Assembly: GCA_027593235.1 (NCBI GenBank)
Contig: JAQCIU010000015.1
Coordinates: 1-64,000 of the forward strand
Reading direction: 5' to 3'
From: Chloroflexota bacterium
GTDB taxonomy: Bacteria > Chloroflexota > Dehalococcoidia > UBA2979
Length of the DNA stretch: 64,000 nt
In this document: piece after piece, positions 27,033 to 34,895 of the stretch
How positions within the stretch are numbered: the stretch's first letter is position 1
Layout of the letters: each line of letters starts with the position of its first letter
Made by a program: the position numbers and the translations under genes
Notes under the pieces: generated by a model
Database searches by the model: none
What the model was told of the DNA's origin: nothing
Seen by the model: only the letters and a program-made list of their open reading frames with translations

Positions 27033-28754
27033 GTGCACCATCTCCGGGTTGCCCTCGCCCAGCTCAATACGACCGTTGGGGACTTCGACGGGAATCACGA
27101 CCTGATCCTGGATGCGGCACGGCGAGCGGCCGAGTCCGAGGTTGATCTGGTCGTCTTCCCGGAGCTTGCGCTGATTGGGTATCCGCCGGAGGACCTGCTG
27201 ATCCGCGGTGCGTTCATCGAGGAAGCAGAGCGCCGACTGCGCGTGTTGGCCGCCGAAGCGCGCGGGTTGCCGCCGCTGATCGTTGGCTGCCTGGACTTCG
27301 ACGGTCACCTCTACAACTCCGCGGCCGTGCTCTACGACGGTGAGATCGTCGGCATCTATCACAAGCAGATGTTGCCGAACTACGGCGTGTTCGATGAGGA
27401 GCGCTATTTTCACCCAGGGCACGAGGTGCACCTGTTCGAGATCGGCGGCGTGCCGGTCGGCGTGACGGTCTGCGAGGACATGTGGTTCCCGGGCGGCCCG
27501 GCGCGCGATCAGGCGTTGGCGGGGGCGCAGGTGATCGTGAACCTGAACGCGTCGCCGTTTCACGCAGGCAAGTCGCGGTACCGCGAGCGGATGATCGCGA
27601 CGCGCGCCGCTGACAACACCGTAGCCGTGGTCTACGTGAACCAGGTAGGCGGCCAGGACGAGTTGCTGTTCGATGGCAACTCGATGGTGGTGGACGCTGA
27701 GGGCGTGACGCTCGCGCGCGGCTCCTCGATGACGGAGGACCTGCTGATCGCGGACATCCCGGTGCACGAAATCGTGCAGCGACAACTCCACGAATCGCGA
27801 CTCCGGCGTGAGCGATTCCCGGAGCATCACATCGATCCGATCGCGGTAACGCCCGCCTACCACGGGCAGCGGACCGCGCTGCCGCCACGACCGACGGAGC
27901 CGCCGGAGATGGTGGCGGAGATCTACGACGGGCTGGTGCTGGGTACGCGCGACTACGTGCGGAAGAGCGGGTTCAAGAGCGTGTTCGTCGCGCTGTCCGG
28001 GGGGATCGACTCGGCGATCGTGGCGGCGATCGCGACCGATGCGCTGGGCGCGGAGAACGTCACGGGCATCTCGATGCCATCGCGGTACTCCTCGGAAGGG
28101 TCGATCGCGGACGCGGTGGATCTGGCGGAGCGGCTGGGGATTCGGCTGGCGTCGCTGCCGATCGAGCCGATCCACGACGCGGCGCTGGACACGTTGTCAC
28201 GAGAGTTCGCGGGCCTCGAGCCGGGGACCGCGGAGGAGAACCTGCAGTCGCGGATCCGCGGGATGCTGGCGATGGCGATGTCGAACAAGCACAACGGGTC
28301 GCTGGTGCTGACGACCGGGAACAAGTCCGAATACGCGTGCGGATACGCGACGCTGTACGGCGACATGGCCGGCGGCTTCGCGGTGATCAAGGACGTTTCG
28401 AAGACGATGGTCTGGGAACTGTCCCGCTACCGAAACACGGTGAGCGAAGTGATCCCCGTCAACTCGATTGAGAAGCCACCGTCGGCGGAGCTGCGCCCGA
28501 ATCAGCTCGATAGCGACTCACTGCCGGACTACGCGATCCTCGATCCGATCGTGGAGGCGTACGTCGAGGATGATCTGCCGCTGGAATCGATCGTGGCTCG
28601 CGGGTTCGACGAGGCGACAGTGCGGCGGGTGATCGACCTGATCAACCGCAACGAGTACAAGCGGCGCCAGGCAGCGCCAGGTGTGCGCATTTCCACGCGT
28701 GCGTTCGGGCGGGACCGACGATTGCCGCTGGCGACGAAGTACCGAGGGTATTAG
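27033..28754 (+). CDS. nadE: Glutamine-dependent NAD+ synthetase
   Basis: Nitrilase domain (FPE, K..LPNYGVFDE.RYF, CED) plus SGGIDS, ENLQSRIRG, TGNKSE, PPSAEL, EYKRRQ. Confidence 0.97.
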   Translation: MHHLRVALAQLNTTVGDFDGNHDLILDAARRAAESEVDLVVFPELALIGYPPEDLLIRGAFIEEAERRLRVLAAEARGLPPLIVGCLDFDGHLYNSAAVLYDGEIVGIYHKQMLPNYGVFDEERYFHPGHEVHLFEIGGVPVGVTVCEDMWFPGGPARDQALAGAQVIVNLNASPFHAGKSRYRERMIATRAADNTVAVVYVNQVGGQDELLFDGNSMVVDAEGVTLARGSSMTEDLLIADIPVHEIVQRQLHESRLRRERFPEHHIDPIAVTPAYHGQRTALPPRPTEPPEMVAEIYDGLVLGTRDYVRKSGFKSVFVALSGGIDSAIVAAIATDALGAENVTGISMPSRYSSEGSIADAVDLAERLGIRLASLPIEPIHDAALDTLSREFAGLEPGTAEENLQSRIRGMLAMAMSNKHNGSLVLTTGNKSEYACGYATLYGDMAGGFAVIKDVSKTMVWELSRYRNTVSEVIPVNSIEKPPSAELRPNQLDSDSLPDYAILDPIVEAYVEDDLPLESIVARGFDEATVRRVIDLINRNEYKRRQAAPGVRISTRAFGRDRRLPLATKYRGY

Positions 28755-28774
28755 GGGCCGCTGCGCGGTCCGGG

Positions 28775-29188
28775 CTAGGTGTCGCCGTTCGTGTGCTCCA
28801 CCTCGGTGGCGGGTGTGCCGTCGTCGTCGCCCGCATTCGCCTCGATCGCCGCGGCCGCGGTGTCGTACGCGGTGAGTTCGACCCAGGCCTCGAAGGCTTC
28901 CCGGACCTCGGCGTAGGCGGCCTCGACCTCTGGTTCGAGCTGGCCGGGCGTGAGCAGAAAGCTGTGCTGGCGCGACGAGTTCATCGTGGCGAGCATGGAT
29001 TCGAGGCGCGGGACGATCGTTCCGTGGAGTTCGGCGAGCGTGGGCTCGCCAACGGCCTCGGCGCGATCGCGCATCATTTCGAGGCCACCCATGACCCAGG
29101 CGAGCACGCCGAGCAGCGTGCCGGTCTCGCGCCGATCGAGGGCGAGCACGAGGTGTGGCGGTCCGGCGGGTGGCGTTCCGCTGGTCAT
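28775..29188 (-). CDS. Hypothetical protein
   Basis: ATGA-coupled to the ROK-like gene; host-like codon usage. Confidence 0.6.
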   Translation of the reverse strand: MTSGTPPAGPPHLVLALDRRETGTLLGVLAWVMGGLEMMRDRAEAVGEPTLAELHGTIVPRLESMLATMNSSRQHSFLLTPGQLEPEVEAAYAEVREAFEAWVELTAYDTAAAAIEANAGDDDGTPATEVEHTNGDT

Positions 29189-29973
29189 TCCGCGCGCTCG
29201 CCTTCGTACGCAACGATTGAGGCGGCCTCGAGGGCTCCGAACAGCGGTGCGCTGTGGCCAAGTTCGGAGACGACAATCTCGGCGTCGGCGCCTGCTTCCG
29301 CGAGCGCGTCACGGAGCGTGGTGACGACGGTTTCGATGTCCTCCTCGGCGGCATCGACGATCACGAGGGCGGTGTCGAGGAGCGCAGCGGTCGCTGCGAT
29401 GGTCTCGATCGGGTTGTCGGCATCGAGGAAGCCGGGGCGGTGGTGCGCGCCTCGGACGATGGTGCCGGCGGCGAGGATGGCCGCCGCGGGGGTCGGATCG
29501 CGGAAGGAGACGTAGACGGCGTCGTTGACATCGATCGCCGCGCCGACGGTCATTTCGCCACGGAGGGCGGCGTGGGCGCGATCGAGGGCGACGGCGGGTG
29601 CATCGATGTGGCGGCGAAGCGCATCGACGACATGCAGTTCGTCCCAGCCCTCCTGGCCGCGGCTCTCGGTAAGGACGCCGCGGACCGGGTGGACCGAGCC
29701 GGGGCAGGAGATCCCGATGCCGAGTGCGAAGAGGGACTCATCGCGAACGAAGAGCGTGGAGACACGTCCGCCGATCTCCCAGGACCACGCTTCTTCATCG
29801 ATGAGCGTGGGGAGTTCGTAGCGTTCGCTCGAGATCACCTCGCGATCGGGCGTGGCGAGGACGAGCCGCAGGGTGGTGGCGGTGAAGTCGATTGCGACGA
29901 GCGCGGGCGCCGGTTCACTGCCCTCGGTGGGCTCGTCCGCGATGTCATCGGGTTGCTGCGGGGATTGGACCAT
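29185..29973 (-). CDS. Degenerate ROK family protein
   Basis: AIDF..T.L, GIGISCPG.V; usual ND and GExGH/Zn motifs absent. Confidence 0.7.
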   Translation of the reverse strand: MVQSPQQPDDIADEPTEGSEPAPALVAIDFTATTLRLVLATPDREVISSERYELPTLIDEEAWSWEIGGRVSTLFVRDESLFALGIGISCPGSVHPVRGVLTESRGQEGWDELHVVDALRRHIDAPAVALDRAHAALRGEMTVGAAIDVNDAVYVSFRDPTPAAAILAAGTIVRGAHHRPGFLDADNPIETIAATAALLDTALVIVDAAEEDIETVVTTLRDALAEAGADAEIVVSELGHSAPLFGALEAASIVAYEGERAE

Positions 29974-30002
29974 CGGATTCTCCGTGCGGTTCGGGCGGGG
30001 CG

Positions 30003-31103
30003 TCAGGTGCTTGCCGCGGCGAGCTTGGTGAAGGCTGCGGTGATATCGGCGATCTCCAGATCGGTCATGCCGCCGTGGAGGGGCAGGACGATGAGTTCGT
30101 CCGGCAGTCTGCGGGCAGCGGGAAAACCGTCGTCGGCGAGACGTTCATCATCCTCGCCGAGCGCCAGGCGTACAGCCGGGTCGAGGTGGAGCGAGGGCGG
30201 GAGGGCGATCGAACACGGGATGCCCTCGGCATTGAGCGCGGCCACGGTCTCGTCGAGTGGACGCTTCCAGAGCAGGCTGCGGATGCGGACGACGTAGCAG
30301 TCGTAGCCATGAACGACCCAACGCGAGTGGGCCATCGCTCCGAGCGCCTTCATGCCGCGGAGATCGAAGGTCAACTCCCAGGCGAGCTGGCGACGGATTT
30401 CGAGTTCCTCGTCAGCCCCGCGCAGTTCGGCGAGGGCGAGGCGAGCGGCGGTGTCCTCGATTGTCGCGCCGTCGCGATCGCGAGCGTCGCGGAGACGTGC
30501 CGCGAGTGCCGGGTCGGTCGTGACGAGGGCGGCGCCGCCGCCGGAGAGCAGGTGCCGCGGGCCGAAGGCGAAGACGGCGACGGTTCCGAGGAGCCCGACG
30601 GAGCGGAGCCGGTAAGCACCACCAAGCGCGGCCGAGGCGTCTTCGATCAACGGGATGCGGCGCGGCTCGATGATGCGCAGGAGTTCCGAGGCCGAGTACG
30701 GATGGCCGAAGGGGTGGTCGGCGAAGGCGACGCGGGTGCGATCACCGAGCGCGCGGGCGAGGCCGCGCGGGCCAACGGCCAGCGATTCGGCCTCGACCTC
30801 GGCGGGTACAACGGTGAGGCCGGCGGCGCGGGCTGCGACCGCTAAGGAAAAGGCAAGCGCGGGGACGATCGCTTCGCCCTCGGAGATGCCGAGCGCGCGC
30901 AGCGCGAGTGCGAAGGCGGTAGCTCCGTCGCGGCAGGCGACGGCCTCGGCTGCGTCGCCGATATAGAGGGCGAGTTCCGCCTCGAGCGCCGCGACCGGAT
31001 TGGGGTCGGTGGCAGGCGGTGGCAATGGACGCTCCGGGAAGGGCGTCGTGCGCACCGGCGTGCCGCCGTCGATCGCGAGCGCGGGCTCGGTGATGCTGGT
31101 CAT
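30003..31103 (-). CDS. DegT/DnrJ/EryC1/StrS-like protein lacking the PLP lysine
   Basis: LAIDGGTPVR, LIEDA..ALG, GGGA.VT.D, LPLH; FxFxxxK lysine position reads H. Confidence 0.8.
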   Translation of the reverse strand: MTSITEPALAIDGGTPVRTTPFPERPLPPPATDPNPVAALEAELALYIGDAAEAVACRDGATAFALALRALGISEGEAIVPALAFSLAVAARAAGLTVVPAEVEAESLAVGPRGLARALGDRTRVAFADHPFGHPYSASELLRIIEPRRIPLIEDASAALGGAYRLRSVGLLGTVAVFAFGPRHLLSGGGAALVTTDPALAARLRDARDRDGATIEDTAARLALAELRGADEELEIRRQLAWELTFDLRGMKALGAMAHSRWVVHGYDCYVVRIRSLLWKRPLDETVAALNAEGIPCSIALPPSLHLDPAVRLALGEDDERLADDGFPAARRLPDELIVLPLHGGMTDLEIADITAAFTKLAAAST

Positions 31104-31234
31104 GGTCCTCCAACCGATCGGACTCTAGGTGTCACCCACGGCGTGAGCAAAGGGCAGCGAGGCGGATCGCGCGAGGATGGCGTGACGGGACGCGGAAGTT
31201 CGTCCACGATCCGGGTCGCGGGAAACGAGGAATC

Positions 31235-32110
31235 ATGGCCATCGATCGGTCGTCGTCGATCGGGATCATCGGAGCTGGCCGGGTGGCGGGCGCGCTGGCC
31301 GACGCGTTGCTGAAGTGCGGGCGTCCGCTGGATGGCGTCGCGAGCCGGACGCTGGAGCGCGCAGAGGCGTTGGCGAAGTACCTACCGTTTGTGCGGGCGA
31401 CGACGATCGAGGAGCTGGTGGCGACGAACGACCTCGTGTTCCTCGCGGTGCCCGACGACGCGATCGAGGGACTGTCGTCCGGCCTCGCCTGGCGCTCGGG
31501 TCAAGCGGTGGTGCACCTGAGCGGTGGGCGCGGCCTTGAGGTGCTGGCAATGGCAACGGCGGCTGGCGCGGTAGCCGGGTGCCTCCATCCACTGCAGACG
31601 TTCCCGGGCGGCGAGGAGCCGGCGCGCGCGCGTGCGCGGTTCAACGGCATCGCCTGCGGCGTCGAGGCGGCCGCTCCGCTCGACGCGCTGCTGGAGGCGA
31701 TCGTGGACGACCTCGGTGGGCACAGTTTCCGGCTGGAGGGCGTGGACCGCGCGGCGTACCACGCGGCGGCGGTCTTCGTGAGCAACGACGTAGTGGCCGC
31801 AATGGGGGCGGCAACACGCGCCTGGGCGCTGGCGGGCCTCGCGGAGGCGGACGCGCGTGCGGCGCTGAGCCCGCTGCTGCAGGCGACGGCAGCGGCGATC
31901 GCGGGACGCACACTGCCGGAGGCGCTGACTGGCCCGGTGGCCCGCGGCGACGTGGAGACGGTGCGGCGACACCTGCAGAGCCTCGCCGGCGACCCGGCGC
32001 TGCACGGGCTCTACCGCCGGCTCGGCGCGGAATTGCTGCGGCTCGAACTGGGGCATTCTCCCGAAACGGCTTCGGCGCTGTCGGAGTTGTTCAACGAGGC
32101 TGGTGCCTGA
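31235..32110 (+). CDS. Rossmann-like + DUF2520 oxidoreductase (PanG-like)
   Basis: IIGAGRV, AVPDD, HLSG, HPLQTF, YHAAA...SN, LTGPVARGD. Confidence 0.88.
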   Translation: MAIDRSSSIGIIGAGRVAGALADALLKCGRPLDGVASRTLERAEALAKYLPFVRATTIEELVATNDLVFLAVPDDAIEGLSSGLAWRSGQAVVHLSGGRGLEVLAMATAAGAVAGCLHPLQTFPGGEEPARARARFNGIACGVEAAAPLDALLEAIVDDLGGHSFRLEGVDRAAYHAAAVFVSNDVVAAMGAATRAWALAGLAEADARAALSPLLQATAAAIAGRTLPEALTGPVARGDVETVRRHLQSLAGDPALHGLYRRLGAELLRLELGHSPETASALSELFNEAGA

Positions 32111-32964
32111 TGGAGTTGCTGCTCGGCGAACACACGATCGACTGCACGAACCGCACAGCCGTGATGGGCATCCTCAACGTTTCCGACGACTCGCCGATCG
32201 GACAGTCGATCGTGCCGGCCTCGAGCGCGCTCGACCGCGCGGTGGAGCTGCGCCGGCAGGGCGCGGAGATCGTCGATATCGGCGCCGTGTCGACGGCGAC
32301 GGGATCGCGGGAGCTGACGGCGCAGGAGGAGATCGATCGGGTGTGCCCGGCAATCGAGGCGGTCGCCGCCGAGGGCATCGCGACGTCGGTCGATACCTGG
32401 AATCCGGAGGTGGCGCGGGCGGCGGCCGCCGCGGGCGTGCACCTGCTGAACGACGTGAGCGGCTTCACCAAGCCGGAGATGGTCGCGGTTGCCGGGGAGC
32501 TGGGGATCGCGTGCGCGGTGATGCACATGCGCGGGCAACCGGCGCACCACTACGAGGCCGACCAGAGCTACGCCGACATCACCAGCGAGGTGGAGGCGTT
32601 TCTCCTCGAACGTGCCGCAGCCCTCGATGCGGCGGGCGCGGGGCAGGTGTGGCTCGATCCGGGCTTCGAGTTTGGCAAGCAGCTGGCGGACAACCTGGCG
32701 CTGTTCGGCGGACTGCGTAGCCTCGTGGCCACGGGGCGCCCGGTGCTGATCTCGGCGTCGCGGAAGGGGTTCCTCGCGGAGTTGCTTGGCCACGCGAAGC
32801 GGCAGGATGTGCCGGGACTCCTCGAGGCGACGATCGCGTTCAACACGCTCGCTGCATACGAGGGGGTCCAGGTGGTGCGCGTACACGACGTGGAGCCGGT
32901 GGCGCAGGCGCTGGCGGTGGTCAACGGACTGCGAGCGCACCTCGCGGAGCAGGGCGCCGGCTAG
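32110..32964 (+). CDS. folP: Dihydropteroate synthase
   Basis: MGILNV.DS, DIG, SVDT, NDVSG, MHM.G.P, LDPG, SRK.F, VRVHDV. Confidence 0.93.
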   Translation: MELLLGEHTIDCTNRTAVMGILNVSDDSPIGQSIVPASSALDRAVELRRQGAEIVDIGAVSTATGSRELTAQEEIDRVCPAIEAVAAEGIATSVDTWNPEVARAAAAAGVHLLNDVSGFTKPEMVAVAGELGIACAVMHMRGQPAHHYEADQSYADITSEVEAFLLERAAALDAAGAGQVWLDPGFEFGKQLADNLALFGGLRSLVATGRPVLISASRKGFLAELLGHAKRQDVPGLLEATIAFNTLAAYEGVQVVRVHDVEPVAQALAVVNGLRAHLAEQGAG

Positions 32965-33749
32965 GGACCCGGGTCGGGGGTGGATGCTTGCGCCGGTCGG
33001 ACGGTTTGTTGCAGCTCTTCCACCTGTAGGCGCAGGCCTCTGATCTCCTCGATCAGCAAGGCTGTCTGATCGTCCTCGTGCTCCGTCACGAAGAACGCCG
33101 CGATGTTGGCCGCGATGAGCCCGAACAGCCCAATGCCGAGCAGCATCAGGACGACAGCAACGCCGCGTCCTGCGGGGGTGGACGGCGCGTAGTCGCCGTA
33201 GCCCACGGTTGTGACGGTCACAAGCGCCCACCAGAGGGCTGAGCCGAAGCCATCGATTGAGCCCTCGGCATCCTGCTCAAGGCGGGCGACCAATGCAGCG
33301 GCGACGAAGACCGCAGCGATCGCGCTGGCGAGGGCGTAGTCGAGGCGATGCCGGGTGAGGACGACGGAGGCCGTTCCCCGGATTCGACCGAAGAACGCGA
33401 TGAGGCGGCCCGCGCGGAGCAGCCGGAGGGCTCGGGCGGAGCGAATCACGCGGAAGGGCCGGAGGAACGGCACCAACACGATGACGACGTCGTACCAGTG
33501 ACGGATCAGGTATGGGAGGCGGGCCGGGGCCAGGTAGGTCCTGACACCGAGCTCAAGGCCGAAGACGGCCCAGATCATCCAGTCCGCGGCGACGATCGCT
33601 CGGTCCACGCTCGGCGCGAGATCGAAGGCGAGCGGAACCGCGATGAGCGGCACCATCGCCAGAGCAAGCAGGAGTAGCGGGAGTTCCGTAGCCCGGGTAA
33701 AGGCGTCGAGCGCAGCACCGTCGCGTTTCGCACGAGAGACTGACGTCAT
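32961..33749 (-). CDS. Voltage-gated-type potassium channel
   Basis: Arg-rich S4 (LRPFRVIRSARALRLLR), WWALVTVTTVGYGD selectivity filter. Confidence 0.92.
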   Translation of the reverse strand: MTSVSRAKRDGAALDAFTRATELPLLLLALAMVPLIAVPLAFDLAPSVDRAIVAADWMIWAVFGLELGVRTYLAPARLPYLIRHWYDVVIVLVPFLRPFRVIRSARALRLLRAGRLIAFFGRIRGTASVVLTRHRLDYALASAIAAVFVAAALVARLEQDAEGSIDGFGSALWWALVTVTTVGYGDYAPSTPAGRGVAVVLMLLGIGLFGLIAANIAAFFVTEHEDDQTALLIEEIRGLRLQVEELQQTVRPAQASTPDPGP

Positions 33750-33774
33750 GCGCGGATTCCAGGTGAACCGGACG

Positions 33775-34386
33775 CTACTTGCGGAGCGCCTCACAGGCGA
33801 TGCCGTTGCGGTCGATGTCGATCTTGTTTGGGTCGCCCGGGAGGTTTGCCTCGTAAGCGGCCTGTGCCTCTTCCCAGGACTTGAAGTCGCGGCAGTTGTA
33901 GCGGTCACGCCCATCGGTGAAGTACTGGACCGCGGGAGGCGGGGTCGCGGTGGCGACGACGGTGGGCTTCGGCGCTGGCGTTGCGGTGGCTGACGGACTC
34001 GCGCTCGGGGTCGCCGAGGGCGCGGGGTCGGGCTTGTCCGTGTCGTCGTCCGCGTCGTCGGTTGCGGCGGCATCGGGTGCGCCGGCGACGGGGGTGATCG
34101 GTTGGGTGGTCTGGGCGGCGAGCGTGGATGGCGCGCCCTCGAGGGCGTCGAGGCGGAGGGAGAGGTCGGCACGTTCCTGGTGCAGGGCGGAGACCTGCTG
34201 GGACAGCTCGTCGACGTCGACCTCGAGACTGTCGATCTCGGCGCGGGCGACGATGAGCTGGAGGTCGGCATCGGAGGCGCCGGTGGAGGGGAGCGTCGCG
34301 ACCATCCACCACATGGCGATCGCCCAGACGGCGGCGGCGACGCCGGCGGCGGGGACCATCCAGCTAGGGAGCTGCAGACCGTTCAC
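33775..34386 (-). CDS. Membrane-anchored protein with coiled coil, PT linker and Excalibur-like Ca-binding domain
   Basis: N-terminal TM; C-terminal NCRDF....AQ...DP..ID.D.NGIACE. Confidence 0.8.
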   Translation of the reverse strand: MNGLQLPSWMVPAAGVAAAVWAIAMWWMVATLPSTGASDADLQLIVARAEIDSLEVDVDELSQQVSALHQERADLSLRLDALEGAPSTLAAQTTQPITPVAGAPDAAATDDADDDTDKPDPAPSATPSASPSATATPAPKPTVVATATPPPAVQYFTDGRDRYNCRDFKSWEEAQAAYEANLPGDPNKIDIDRNGIACEALRK

Positions 34387-34748
34387 GTGTGTCCCTCGGG
34401 CCCCCCGGGGCGGGGGCGGTCTCCTAGGTGGGAACCCCTCGGTAGCCGCGATGGGCTGCGTTGGGGTTCGACACAGGGAGCGTACGGAGCGGCCCTACCG
34501 ATGGGCATCGGGGTTTGCCCTCGGATGTGGCGCGGCTGGGGTGAAACGGGTGAGGGAGCGAGGGCGGGGGCGGGTGTTGGGGGACCGAGGAGCCGAGGAA
34601 AGATTGCGGTCAGGGTGGCGATACTGAGGGTATGGAGATCCTCGCGTTCGGTGTCGCGATCGTGATGTAAGGGGTCTGGCGGGCGTGGATGGCGCTGCGC
34701 GGCGAGGACGGGTCGCCTGAAGGGCATTGGCACTCCCGGACGGACGCG

Positions 34749-34889
34749 ATGTCGGAGTACCTCAAGGAGTCCGGCACGAGGGCGGCATTCACTCGCAAGC
34801 GTGCGTTGATGGTCCTCGCGATATTTGCTGTGGAGCTGTCGGTTGTCGGGCTGGTCGCCTACTACGTGATGCACAAACCGGACCGCTAG
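34749..34889 (+). CDS. Small single-TM protein
   Basis: MSEYLKESG..AFTRKR then hydrophobic helix; alternative start 34689. Confidence 0.5.
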   Translation: MSEYLKESGTRAAFTRKRALMVLAIFAVELSVVGLVAYYVMHKPDR

Positions 34890-34895
34890 TCGTCG

